Assembly: GCF_009914755.1 (NCBI RefSeq)
Contig: NC_060937.1
Length of the DNA stretch: 64,000 nucleotides
Strand: one strand, 5' to 3'
Source of the DNA: the human T2T-CHM13v2.0 reference genome, Homo sapiens
Below are positions 45,240 through 59,460 of the stretch, piece after piece. Position numbers and translations under genes: made by a program. Each line of letters starts with the position of its first letter. Within the stretch, counting starts at the first letter, position 1. The notes beneath the pieces are model-generated. The model saw only the letters and a program-made list of their open reading frames with translations. It searched no databases and was not told the origin of the DNA.

Positions 45240-48200
45240 TATAATTTTTAGAGCAGTCTTAGGTCCACAACAAAATTAAACAGAAGATACAGAGATTTCC
45301 CAGATACCTACCACCCCTGCACATGAATAGCCTTCTCCACAATCAACATCCTCCACCAAAGTGGTACATTTGTTATAATTAATAAACCTACACCAACCCA
45401 TCATTTTCACCAAAGGTCCACAGTTTCCATTAGAACTACTCTTGGTGTTTTATATTCTGTCTTGACAGATGCATAATGGCAGGTGTTCACCATTATAGTA
45501 TTATACAGAGTAGTTTCACTGCCCTAAAAATCCTCTGTGCTCCACATATTCACCCCATTAGTGCTCTCTACTAACCCCTTATAATTACTAATTTTTATAC
45601 TGCCTCCATTGTTTTGCCTATTAGAGAATGTAATGAAGTTGAAATAATACAGTATGTAGACTTTCAGATTGGCTTCTATCACTTAATAATATGTATTTAA
45701 GTTTTCTCCACATCTTTTCATCACAGGGCAGCTCATTTCTTTAACCATTAAGTGATATTTCATTGTCTGGATCTACCACAGTATACTTATCCATTTACAT
45801 ACTGAAAGATATGTTAGTTACTTCCAAGATTTGGCAATTATGAATACAGCTGCTATAAGAAATTGAATATAGGCTTTTGTGTGTACCCAGTTTTCAGCTC
45901 TTTTAGCTAACTAACAAGGAGCACAATGGCTGGATCCTATGCTAAGAATATGTTTAGTTTAGTAAGAAACTGCCAAATTGCCTTCCAAATTCACTCTACC
46001 ATTTTGCATTCCCACCAAAAATGAACGAAAGTTTCTGTTGCTCTATATTCTCTCCAGCATTTGGCATTGTCAGTGCTCTGGATTTTGGCCATTCTAATGA
46101 GCGTGCAGTTGTATCTCATTGTTGTTTTAATTTGCACTTCCCTGATAACATATATTGGGGAGGATCTTTGCATACGTTCATTTGCCATCGGCCTGTCTTC
46201 TTTGATAAGAGTTTTCAGCAATTTTTAAATTGGGTTTTGTGTTTTCTTATTGAATTTTGACAGATTTTTGTATGTTTTGGATAGCTCCTTTACTAGACAT
46301 ATCTTTCTCAAATATTTTCTCCCATTCTGTGGCTTGCCTGTTTATTCTTTTGATAGTATCTTTCTCAGAGAATAAAACTTTATTTTTAATTAAGTTTAGC
46401 TATCATTTTTTTTCTTTCAGTCATTTTGCCTTTGGTGTTGTATTTAAAAAGCAGTTGTCAAGCCCAATGTCATCTATGTTTTCTGACATGTCATATTCTA
46501 GTCGTTTTATAGTTTTGCATTTCAGTATACAACACATTTTGCATTAGTTTTTGTGAAGGGTGTAGAGTCTGTGTCTAGCTGTTGTTCCTCCATCACGATG
46601 GCCCTACCTTCATGACAAGATCAACTTCCCAAAGCCCTAGCTCCTAACACCATCACTTTAGGGGTAAGGATATAATTATATACATTTTGTCGGGGGCACA
46701 AACAGCTTAAAGCCCTCCTATTTAGAAAGGCAGTTGACTTTCATATGTTAACCACATATCCTACAACCTTACTACAATCACTTCTTAATTGTATTAATAT
46801 TTTTGTCAACTATTTCAGATTTTCTATATAGAAATGTCTTCTGTGAACAAAGAAAGTTTCTTTTTTCTTAAAAATATGTACAATTTTTAATTTTTCTTTT
46901 ATTGTCTTATTGCATTATTTAGGCTTTGAGTACAGTTTTGTAAAGCAGTAGTGATTTGTTGTACTGGATGTGGTAGTGCACACCTGTTATCCCAGCTCCT
47001 CTGCTGGGGGCTTCTCCATGGGAGGATAGCTTGAGCCCAGAAGTTTAAAGATCAGCCTAAGAAACATAGTGAGACTCTTCTCAAAACAAACACCGAGGCA
47101 GTGGTGAGAGGGAATATCTTTGCCATGTTTCTGATCTTGGTGGGAAAGTTTTGGGTTTCCCACTGTTGAGTACGATGATAGCTGTAAATTAGTATAGACA
47201 TTCTTTATAAAGTTGAGGAAGTTCTCCTCTATTCCCAGTTTACTTATGGTTTTTATAATGAAAGGGTGTTAGATTTTGTCAAATAGTTTTTCTACATCTA
47301 TTTATATGATCATATGATTGTCTTCAATTCCTGTTGATATGATGGATTATATTAATTGATTTTTTAATGTTGAACCACCCTTGCAAACTTAGGATAAATT
47401 CCACTGGTTGTAGTACATAATTATTTTCAAATATTGCTTGATTTGATTTGCTACTATTTTCTTGGGACTTTTGCATGAATATTCATGAGAAATTATTTTA
47501 CAGTTTTGGTACTTTGTCTGGTTTTGGTGTTAGGATAATGCTTACATCATATAAATAGTTACAAAGGATTCTTTCCACTTCTATCTTCTGAAAGTGATTG
47601 CAGAAAATTGGTGCATGTTGTTTGGTAGAAATAATTAGCAAACCCATCTCAGCTTAGATTCTTTTGTTTTAAAAGGTTATTAATACTGATTCAATTTCTT
47701 TAATATATATAGGCTTTTTCACTGTCTATTTTTACTTTTGTGAGATTTGGAAAATTATGTCTTTTAATGAATTGGCCTATTTCATCTAATTTGTCAAATT
47801 AGTGGACATAGGTTTGTTCATAATATTACTTTATTGTCCTTTTAATATCTATGGGATCTGTAGTGATATCTCCTCTTTTATTTCTTACACCAGAAATTTG
47901 TGTCCTCTCTTTTTTTCTTAGCCTGCCTTGAGACTTTTCAACTTCATTGATATTGTTGAAGATCCAATTTTTAGTTTTGTTGATTTTCTATATTGTTTCT
48001 CTTTTACATTTTATTGATTTCTGTCATAATCTTTATTATACCTTTTTCTCTGCCTACTTTTGATTTAACTTGTTCTTCCTTTTCAAGTTGTCCAATAAAG
48101 AAACATAGATTATTGATCTTTTGTTTTACAAATATATGCATTCCCTGTTATGCTTTTCTCTTAAGCACTGATTTTTCTGCTTCTCACATTTTTGTAGGTG

Positions 48201-48280
48201 ATATTTTAATTTTTGTGTAAAGAAAAAATTTGAAAAAACATTTCTCTGGAAATTTCTTCTTTAACCTCTGTGTTACTTGG
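45240..48280 (-). mobile_element. Antisense L1MC1/L1MD-like element nested in the host L1, itself carrying a MaLR fragment (~46585-46710) and a FLAM (~46955-47093)
   Basis: TTTTTAGAGCAGTCTTAGGTCCACAACAAAATT L1MC/MD 3' end; ORF2 C-terminal remnant [17 protein letters not shown] (45991-46221). Confidence 0.75.
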
Positions 48281-48434
48281 AATGATTCGATATTAAGATG
48301 CCAATTCTTTTATAATTTATCTATAGATACATTACAATTCCCATAAAAAATTTTAGCATTATACTCTGTGGATATCATCAAACTGATTCTAATGTTTATA
48401 TGGAGAAATAGAAGACCTAAAATACCCATCATGA

Positions 48435-48774
<340 letters not shown>

Positions 48775-49052
48775 CTACCTGACTTCAGGACTTACTATAA
48801 AGCTACAGAATCAAGACAATCTGATATTGGCAAAAGAACAGACAAACAGATAAGTAAAACTGAATTGAAATCCTAATAAAAGACCCAAACAAATGTAATC
48901 AGCTGGTATTTGACAAAAGTACAAAGGGTATTCAACAGAAAAATATATAACATTTTTAATAAACGGTACTACAGCAATTGGATGACTGTGTGTAAAAAGA
49001 AGAAAATAAAATACCCTAGACCTAGATCTTACAAGTTTCACAAAAATTAAAT

Positions 49053-49779
49053 TGAGAAATAAAAATAAAATCCTAAGCACCACAATCAACTGAACAGACC
49101 CCTCCGCCCCCCCCCCACTTGTCCAAAGGGACTTCAGAGAAACCTTGAAAACTGAATTATCAGCCATGACAGTTTGCGGGGATCAGATACACCTGGTTAT
49201 ACCCTCCGCCCTCACTAATCACCATTAGACATTCGTCCCTAAGGGCTAAACTGAAACCAGCCCTTTTGAAAGACTCCACTGCTGATATCAACAAACTGTC
49301 TGGTGCTGCCCTGCCCTTTTGTGATTTCAGCACAACCACTGACCAGCATTTCTTCCAGATAAGAGACCACCAACCATGCAGTGGTTCTGGCCCAGTCTAA
49401 ATAGAATGTGCAGTAAAGCATATACATCCTCTACTTCACCTTTTGACATTAGATGGCTAAAAGTTCCACCCTTGGATCATACTAATGCTGCCATTTTTTG
49501 TACCTGAGACCCTTGAAGGGGCATGGTACATGTGAATATTTTTCATTTAATAAATATTCATGACACATCCTACAGCTTATTAAATATGTGTATTCTCCCT
49601 CCCTGCTCAGAATAAATTCTTGTTCACTTTTCCCTTCCCTAGAAGTGTCTGTTGCTGTCTTCTGGCTGGAGACTACGCTTCCCAGCCTGTCAGAACAGCC
49701 ACTCTGAAGGCCGCATCCCTTTATGAGAAATAAAGCTCTACTTTCCAAATGTATAAACCTTGTCATTCTTCAATTGACA
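49053..49779 (+). mobile_element. MER4-group ERV1 solo LTR (MER72-like)
   Basis: TGAGAAATAAAAATAAAATCCTAAGC..AGAGAAACCTTGAAAACTGA start; AATAAAGCTC..TCTTCAATTGACA end; TG..CA termini. Confidence 0.75.
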
Positions 49780-51046
49780 AATTTAAATGAATCACAGGTA
49801 TAAATGTAAATAAGATACTATGAAACTTCTAGAAGAAGATGCGAGAGAGAATCTATGTGTTCTGGGCTTTGGTGATAAGAATTTAGATGTAATACCTAAA
49901 GCATGACCCATAAAAAGAAAAAGTGGTCAGTTTTATGTTCTTATAATTTAAAAACATCTGCTCTGCAAAAGACACTACTTAAAGATTGAAAAGACAAGCC
50001 AGAAGCTCAGAGAGAATATTTGTAAGCCATGTACCTAATCAAATAATTTGTATCCAAAATATACACTGAACAACAAGAAAACTTATATATAAAATAGGCA
50101 ATAGATCTGAAAAGACAAGCATATGAAAAAATGCTCAAAATAATTTGTCTTCAAGAATTGCAAATTGAAACCATAATATGAAATTCCTCTACACACCTAT
50201 TAAAATGGCTAAAATCCAAAAAGCTGACTATACTAAATGCTGACGAAGATGTGGATTGACAGGAACTCTTATTCATTGCTGGTGGAAATGCAAAATAGTA
50301 CGCCCACTTTAGAAGACAGTTTGGCAGTTTCTCACATATTTAAACATAATATTACCATACATCCCAGCAACTGTGCTCCAAGGCAGTTCTCCAGTTACTT
50401 TGAAAAGTTATATCCACACAAAACCTACACACAAATACTTATAATGTCTTATTCAAAATTGGCAAAAAGTAAAAGCAATCAAGATGGTATCTAATAGGTG
50501 AATGAATTTAAAAACCTGTGATACATCCACACGATGGAATATTACTCAGTGATAAAAAGGAATAACCTATTAAGGAACAAAAATACATAAGGGAACTTAA
50601 ATGAATATGGCTGAATAAAAAAGCCTGTATAAAAAGATCAACATACTATGTGATTCCAATTGTATATGTCCCAGGAAAGGCAAAGCTATAGAGGAAGTAA
50701 AGTAATCAATGGTTGCTAGTGGTTCAGTCTGGGGTAAGGGATAAATAGGTAAAGTACAGAGAACTATTCTATATGATACTACAATTGTGGATACATGACA
50801 ATATGCATTTGTCAATAAGAACTATACAATACAAGCAGTGAAATTAAATGTGTGCAAATTTACTTTAAAATAAAAAATAAAAGGTCAAGGAATTTTAGAA
50901 AGAAATGCAACATCTGAGGGAAGTAAGTACGGGGAATTGGTGATCAAAACAACTTTTGAAGTGAGTGGAGTCTGTAAGACTAAAGACCAAAGAATGTGCA
51001 AATAAGCACTGTACTCTAGCTGATAAAGTTGTATTCCATTAGAGTA

Positions 51047-51126
51047 TGTATTAGGGTTCTCCAGAGGAAGAAACCAGTAGGATATGTGTAGAGAGATATA
51101 TTAGGGAAGATTTATTATAGAAATTG
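51047..51126 (+). mobile_element. MLT2 LTR fragment
   Basis: TGTATTAGGGTTCTCCAGAGGAAGAAACCAGTAGGATAT..GATTTATTATAG. Confidence 0.7.
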
Positions 51127-51242
51127 TGTTAACAATTCTGATACTGCTATACATGTTTACTGAATTTGAACAATTAAGTAAATAAATGAATAAATGGCAG
51201 ATTATGGGGCTAGGTTTCTTATTGTTAAAATTGGGATTTACA

Positions 51243-51590
<348 letters not shown>

Positions 51591-51939
51591 CTATCTGATA
51601 ATATATTATAGTTAGAGGAACCAGTATTAATTCATGTTTTACTTAATATAGATACAGATGGCTTTATAGGGAGATATTTATAAACTTGTGCATACACGTG
51701 AGGTGCTCTGTCAACTGACAGGGCTGAAATAAACGACATCCTAGTAGCAAAGAGCCCATCAGGTCTTACTTTCTAATGTTATTTTCCAATAATAAATACC
51801 ATGTCTCCTTGAAGAAATGGCTGATTCTAGGGTTGGAGGAAAAAAAAAGAGAGAGAGAGAAAAAAAAGCCTAGAACATTATATAGTGTCAGAAATTACTC
51901 AGTAAAACTGCTATTCATGGGGTATGTTATTTTTTTTCC

Positions 51940-52170
51940 ATACATTTGCTTACATTGAACCAGGCACTGTGCTAGGTTCTTGTAACAATTTTCTCTTTTA
52001 ATCTATAAAATCAGCAATTGTCAGGCATGCAAATTAAATAGTTCAGCTTGCTTATTATAAGGTAAAATAAGGTATAATTATAGGTTATAAAATAAAATCA
52101 TAGCTCAAGTAAGTTATAGAACTAGAAATCAAACAAAGGTCTGTTTAACTCCTAAGTTTACTTTCTTTCC
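51940..52170 (+). mobile_element. MIR, degraded
   Basis: CCAGGCACTGTGCTAGG..AACTAGAAATCAAACAAAGGTCTGTTTAACTCC. Confidence 0.55.
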
Positions 52171-55100
52171 AACTAAATCTGGAGATTTCTACATTAGAAA
52201 TAACCCACTCACAATTATTTAGATATATCTATGATATCAGCAAGAACAAGGAACATGTATACACTCAAGGAGCGTACTTTTTAAGTTATTAAAATTAATC
52301 TTTTTGAGTTAAAGTCCTATTATTATTTTTGAGGCAGGTTCCATCTATGCAGTAAACCAAGATGGACTGACTTTTAGAAAATTCATCATATGATGAATAG
52401 TCATGGCATTAAAGTAGAGAACGAATAACTGCCAGGTCATTATAAGGAAGTATAATACGCATTGAAAAAATCAGATTTACTCATCCTGAGAGGCATATTG
52501 TCCTCATTCCTACCTAGGATTTAATGCTAAAGACATCAGTGACAAGTAATAGAAGCCAAGGTCTATGTCCATCTATGGCTTCTCGTAGACAATCAAGCAA
52601 TTTTATTTACAAATGGACAGTTGCTCATGAAAATTAATGATAATTACAAAATAAATCATTATTATAGCATGCAAAACTCCTACAGTCTTCAAATAATATC
52701 TAATATGTTGCCAACTGTTACTTGATGATAATTTTCGAAATATGGGAAAATAGTTTCACATAAGTATCTTTTAAAATATTTTAGACACTATAACATTTAC
52801 TTATTCCCATATTTCTTAAATATAGTGAACTGGGAATGGTGACTACAGACTCATGGATCTCTATCTTCTACACAATTGATACATCAATGGAGACAGCTGT
52901 TTCTCTCTGGATTAATGACACCTATACAATTTTAACTGCATTTATGAATAGTGGTAAGCATTGGTGATAGAGGCTAAACCAAACTTCAAGATCAGTGTTT
53001 CATGCATAGTCACTTGAGTATTATAGATATTGCTATTCAATGGCAGCCTTCGTATTTCCACTTAAAAAAATTATCTTCTTGGTAATAATTGTAGAGAAAG
53101 TATCTATCAATATTGAATTACTCTACCTTGAAACAGGATTTAGCTATGTTCAGTTGAGTTGCATTTTATAGAGTGTAAAGTAAGGATTAATTAGTATGAA
53201 ACTCTTATTAGACAATCACAATTCCACAATGGAGCTCGGAGGTTCTCTGGCCATGCTGGCCTCAGTGATATAATATAATATGAGACTATCAGATTTTTAT
53301 AAAATTATTACTTTGTATTCAGAGATTATTGAAAAATATATGCATGGTGATATGTCATATGATAATTATTTTCTTCATTTTCTATAGGGTAGAGAATGAA
53401 AACATTATCAAGACAGGTCTAAATAATGCTAAGTGCAATATTCATATTGAGGGAATGTTTGCAATTTGAATTTACTCACTGTCATCATCACTTTTTCAAA
53501 TAATTTTTAAGACTTTTTTCCTATGTGTGCAGAATCTTCTTCAGACTGCTGCTTTTCTATATGAGCATTTTTCTTTTCCATAAATTTCAAACTAGAATTT
53601 CATGTATATTTTCTTAGTTGTTTAAAGGAAATTGTCTTTGGCCAGCAATCATAATGCTTGGAATGTTTCCAGGTGTCTGCACTAATTTTAACTGTTCTGC
53701 TACACAATGTAGATTGTTTGAGTGTCAGGCTATTGTTGGGATAGTTCAGATATAAAGTAACCATTTTTTAAAACATAAGCCTTTGTGATATTTTGTTTTT
53801 CATTGTTTACAATCTCTAATACATCATTATAGTAGTTTCTTACATTAAAAAAAGAAAACCACACACAAAAACTTATAGACTAATATTTCTCATCAAGGTT
53901 CTCTTTTTAATGAATATTATGTTTTTATAAGGTATATTTTGTTGTTCTAAAAACGTTTGAAATTTGATGAGTGAGAAAGAGCTCTCACGTTCATCCATAA
54001 AAAAGGTAGATGACCTATAATTTCTTCCATAGTGACTTAAGCAAACTAGGTCTAAAAGCTAGAGTGAAACATAAGTTTAATCCCTTATAAATCTTCTATT
54101 TACAAAGTAAACAAACAGAAAAAACTTTAAGAAATCTTTTAATTCCAGGAAGAATGCTTTTTTTTTTCTATTGATACCTATGTCTTCTTTACTTTGTACT
54201 TATATTAAGTTCATTAATCCACTTATACAAACAGTCTAATAGCTATTCTTTGCTATAATTTTTGTGTTAAATATCCAGGTCAAATTACAAAAAGCAAAGC
54301 TCTTGGAGAGAAAAATCTGTGTATGAAGTTAGTAAGTAATCCGACCTTATGAAAACAGCAAGGGCCTCACAATGCTCCTTCACCCATAATTTATTTTCAG
54401 CCCTTCAGTTCTTTTGTTCCTTTTCTTGCTTTATTAAACTACTAAGTTGTAAGAAACCTTAGAGGAAGTAACTATGCATTATTCAAAAGTGCAACCTCCA
54501 CATGATCCATGAGAGTTTCTTAGTCCCAAAGAAAATATAGGCATTTCCTATTAAAAAAATAAAATTAGCAAAATGTATTTTTAAAAAATCCATCTTTATT
54601 CACCTATGGAACCAGATAATGAAGAAAAACTACAAATAGGAAACATTCAATTTTATATATAAAATTTTAAGGACTCAGGCAAGATTGTCATTATAATTTC
54701 AGACAGAGGAAGTTTTGGTAAATATAAGAACACGAGAAGTTAAACTGGATACAAGAACCTAATGCCTCTTAATCAAAATAAATCTTAAAAACATTTATAC
54801 CACCTACATTGCATTATAAGAGGTTTTCTATTAATAGTTATCCTCTTTTACAGTTCAAGTATATATTAAGGGCAAAACAGGTCAATATATGAAAGAAATA
54901 TTTAAAAGAATCAGGTCATCAAAAACATTACGCTATCAAGGTTTCCAGTTTCTTTAAAAAACAACCAGAAAGTAACATATTATAAATCAAAAACTAATTA
55001 TAAAAAGAAAATTACAAAATATAACAGTAAATCTAATTGTGATTTATTTGGCATTTTTACTTTGATTCAGATAAAAGTTTCTTTTGTAGTTCTGATTAAG

Positions 55101-56367
55101 CATCACAAGATTAATGGCACACTTGGATAAGTACTTGAAAGTTCTTTCAAGCTGGTGCTTTTGGAAACCTGACTTTAGAGGCTCACTCATAAATTGCCCA
55201 GAACTGATCATAGTTACATAAACACTTAATAAATGCAATAAATGCAGACTTAAAGAATTTTCTCTCTTCTCTGGTCCCTTTTTTGTTCTCCCTCTCTACT
55301 AAACTTCCTTGGTGATCTCATCCTTCAGAGAGTTTGTTTCTACTGCTGTCTGGCAGCTACAATACTATGCCCAACTTCACATCCTTAAAATAATAATTAC
55401 TCACTGCATTTCCCTTTTATTTACCTAGTTCCTAATACATTTTCATATTAGGCTTTGCTATTGAGATCTATTGGGTACTCTACAGTGTAGTTTTCAAATC
55501 AATTTCTGCCCCAATTCTCAAGCAAATTGTTATCCAATCATTTGTTGGTAAATAATTCTATTTTGAGACCTAGAGATCTTGGATCCAGAATTCTGATTTA
55601 GGTAATAGAATTATACTTGAGCAAAGAATCATCTCTGGATTTCACCAGAAAGCTGCATGTGGAAAGGGAAAAGATACAAAATATGTCACCCTTTCACCAC
55701 TTATTTTTAATAATGCGGATCTGGTTTGAGCTATTCAAGCACATGGCATCATTTTCTGAAAAAGGACGATGTAGAATGTGGCAGGTGGAATCTCTTACTT
55801 GTAATTCCACTGGAGATATCCTAAGAGAGAAGTTGCAGACCATAGATGCTAAGTAGAAACATGAACAAAATTTGAAATAAAATGCAATCAGTTCATTTCT
55901 GTTCAATATAGTAACTCATGGAATAATTTACTCTGAGTGTCTCATAGAATTACCATAAAACAAACATGCTCTGCAAGGATTTCCATCTGAAGAAGTAAAA
56001 ATAATAACATTATTCATTGTCATCATGTTTAAGATGAAACCCTTTTCAAACAAGAAAGAATAATATACATTGATTATTCATCCATTATGTTATGGGTTGA
56101 ATGTGTCTTCTCAAATATACATATATATATTTTTTTCGGGTCCTAATTTCTAGTATCTCAAAATGCAACCTTATTTATGAATAATATCATTGCATATGTA
56201 ATGAGTTAAAATGAGGTCATGCAGGAGCAGGGTGTGTGGTAATCTAATCTGACTGATGTCCTATAAGAAGGTGGCCACATGAAGACAGATACACAGAGAA
56301 AACTCCAGGTGATGATGAGGGCAGAGAGCAAAGTTGTTCAGTTGCAAGTTAAGAAATTCCAAAAATT

Positions 56368-57754
56368 TGCTGGGTGCTGTGGCTCATGCCTGTAATCCCA
56401 GCACTTTGGGAGGCCAAGGCTGGCAGATCATGAGGTCAGGAGATCGAGATCATCCTGGCTAACATCCTGAAACCTCATCTCTATTAAAAATAAAAAAATT
56501 AGCCAGGCGTGGTGGCATGAGCCTATGGGGGGAACCCACCCCCGATATTCAACATGAGTCCTTTTCTATTTTCCCCAGGTGTCGGCTGGTCTGAGAAATA
56601 AAGGGAAAAAGTACAAAGAGAGAAATTTTAAAGCTGGGTGGCCAGAGGAGACATCACATTTCGGCAGGTTCCATGATGCCCCCTGAGCCGTAAAACCAGC
56701 AACTTTTTATTAGTGGTTTTCAAAAGGGGAGGGAGTGTACGAATAGGGTGTGGGTCACAGAGATCACATGCTTCACTAGGTAATAAAATATCACAAGGAA
56801 AATGGAGGCAGGGTGAGATCACAGGACCACACGACTGGAATGAAATAATGAAGTCTCAGGCACACGTTGTCATTGATAGCATCTTATCAGGAGACAGGGT
56901 TTGAGAGCAGACAACTGGTCTGACCAAAATTTATTAGGCGGGAATTTCCTCGTCCTAATAAGCCTGGGAGACCGGGGCTTATTTCATCCCTTATCGACGA
57001 CCATAAAAGACAGCCGTCCCCAACGTGGCCATTTCAGAGGCCTTCCCTTAGGGACGCATTCTCTTTCTCAGGGCTGTTCCTTGCTGAGAAAAATAATTCT
57101 GCAATATTTCTCCTATTTGCTTTTGAAAGAAGAGAAATATGACTCTGATCCACCCAGCCAACAGGCAGCCAGACTTTAAGGTTATCTCCCTTGTTCCCTG
57201 AACATTGCTGTTATCCTGTTCTTAAGGTGCCCAGATTTCATACTGTTCAAACACACATGCTCTACAAACAATTTGTGCAGTTAATGCAATCATCACAGGG
57301 TCCTGAGGCGACATACATCCTCCTCAGCTTACAAAGATGACGGGATTAAGAGATTAAAGACAGGCATAGGAAATCACAAGAGTATTGATTGGGGAAGTGA
57401 TAAATGTCCATGAAATCTTCACAATTTATGTTCAGAGATTGCAGTAAAGACAGGCATAAGAAATTATAAAAGTATTAATTTGGGGAACTAATAAATGTCC
57501 ATGAAATCTTCACAATTTATGTTCTTCTGCCATGGCTTCAGCTGGTCCCTCTGTTTGGGGTCCCTGACTTCCTGCAACACAAGCCTGTAGTTCCGGCTAC
57601 TCAGGAGTCTGAGGCAGGAGAATTGATTGAACCTGGAAGGCAGAGGTTGCAGTGAGCTGAGACTGCGCCACTGTACTCTAGCCTGGGCAACAGAGTGAGA
57701 TTCAGTCTTAAAAAAAAAAAAAAAAAAAAAAAAAAGGAAAAGGAAAAAGGAAAA
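56368..57754 (+). mobile_element. AluSc8-like element split by MER11 (56368-56523 and 57580-57754)
   Basis: Left arm CATCCTGGCTAACA, S-type right arm; TSD AAGAAATTC(C/T)AAAAATT at 56351-56367 and 57755-57771. Confidence 0.9.
56524..57579 (-). mobile_element. MER11 (A/B) solo LTR of HERV-K(HML-8)
   Basis: Minus strand starts TGTTGCAGGAAGTCAGGGACCCCAAACAGAGGGACCAGCTGAAGCCATGGCAGAAGAAC; internal ~80-bp repeat; 6-bp TSD TGAGCC/CAAGCC. Confidence 0.93.
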
Positions 57755-58034
57755 AAGAAATTCTAAAAATTGCCAGCAACCACCAGCAGCTAAGAGACAA
57801 GGAAGAATTTTCCTAAAGATTGTAGAGGGAGCATGATGGTCCCGCTGCCAAGTTTACTTTGAACTCTGCCCTCCAGGACTATGAGACATTAAATTTCTAT
57901 TGTTTTGAGCCACCTTGTTTATGGCATTTTGTTAGGGCAGCCCTAGGGACCTAACGTATTTCCCTTCTTGTATTTTAAAGCAAACATTGATTTAGAATTG
58001 ACTATGTGCATACCATTGTACTAGCAGCAGGTAA

Positions 58035-58258
58035 TGCTACAATAGTGGTTGCTTAGGGCAGGAAAAGTAATGGAAGTTGACTGCGAACGTGTGTGGGGTT
58101 TCTATTATGGGGAACAAAATGTTCTAAAATTAGATTGTGGTGATTGCATAATCGTGAGAATATACTAAAATTATTTAATTGCACCATATTAAGTGCAATA
58201 TTAAGTGAGTGAATTGTATGGTATATGAATTGCATCTCAACGAAGCTGCTTTAAAAAC
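58035..58258 (+). mobile_element. L1MB-type 3' end fragment
   Basis: AAAATGTTCTAAAATTAGATTGTGGTGATTGCA..GTGAATTGTATGGTATATGAATT. Confidence 0.75.
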
Positions 58259-59247
58259 AGTATAAAGAGACCCTCATTTTAAACAAATCACAATGAAGTT
58301 GAGGCCCATGATAATTAATTACAGCAATTTGTGGTTAACGGAAGCATGAAGCAGAATAAGTGAGGGAATCAGGTTGGAGAGTACCTCACCAGGATGGAGG
58401 TCGCTGGGCGGGAGATAGTGAGGAGTGGAAAAAACAGATAGGATTCTCAACAACGATGGTAACAGGGCTGTCTCTAAGGATAAATGAAAGCCAATCATGG
58501 AAGGAATGAGAGAATGGCAATCTTAGCAGAGGAGGACAAGCTAACAGAAAGAGATTTCTGTCCTGTGATCCTGAAGCAAGAAGAAACCAAATTAGTATCC
58601 ACAGGTTACTCAACATTGAATCTTGATGAGTCTTTTGGAATGAAGGAGAAAGTAAAATAAGCCTACAGCAATCAGAAATATATATGTTCAAAAATAGTTG
58701 GCATTTTGGTATGTTTAATTTGATTTCAGAACATAAGGGCGCCTCTTACTAATCACAAATTTCCATATATTTATGTCTCTAAGCATATAAGATAGATAAA
58801 CTTAGTGGGAAAATTATTCCTTTAAATATTATTTTAAATCTGTTATCATGTATAGGATTATATCAAATGTATCTGGATACACTATTTTTCTCAGAGTCCT
58901 CATGAGGCATGTAAGTGGCTATTTTCAAAGACATTCTCTAAGCACTTTTTGAAAAGATGAGTTATTGTTGTTTGTTTGGTGGGTTTGAATTGAACTTGAA
59001 AATTATGCCAACTGAAAACTGAGGTTTTGTTCTAAGCCAATAAGATAGTTCAGCTTAGAAGAGGACACTGAGATTTTGATCAGTGCTAGAGTTTTAATAT
59101 AAATATCATGTATCTACATATGTTTGTGGGGTGTATAATTGTGGTATATGCTTATAATGGATTCATATTTTAGTGGAAATATAAGAATACAGATTTCAAA
59201 AAATCTTCTAAGTTAAACTTCCATTGTTTATTTAAAAATGCATATCA

Positions 59248-59460
59248 GAGACAGCATAGTGCAGAAATCAAGAACATAAATTTTGTAGTTAGGCAAATTT
59301 GATTTTGAAATTTTGTTCCACCTGTTTCTAGCTGTGAGCATTTAAGCAAGTCTCCTAGTCTTTCTCTGCATGTTTCTTTATTCATAAAATAGAGATATGA
59401 AAATAACTCCTCCTCATGTAGTTAAATAAGATAATGATGTAAAGTGCTTGCTAATCACAG
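59248..59460 (-). mobile_element. MIR
   Basis: CAGCATAGTGCAG..CTAGCTGTGAGCATTTAAGCAAGT..GTTTCTTTATTCATAAAAT..ATGTAAAGTGCTT. Confidence 0.7.

Larger units (their letters stand above)
56088..57955 (+). mobile_element. MLT1B MaLR LTR split by Alu and MER11
   Basis: TGTTATGGGTTGAATGTGTC..AAAATGAGGTCAT..; resumes at 57772 and ends TTTGTTAGGGCAGCCCTAGG. Confidence 0.85.

Noticed and set aside
57355-57525. ~80-bp direct repeat inside the LTR
   Set aside because: As I recall, a standard internal feature of the MER11 consensus rather than locus-specific.
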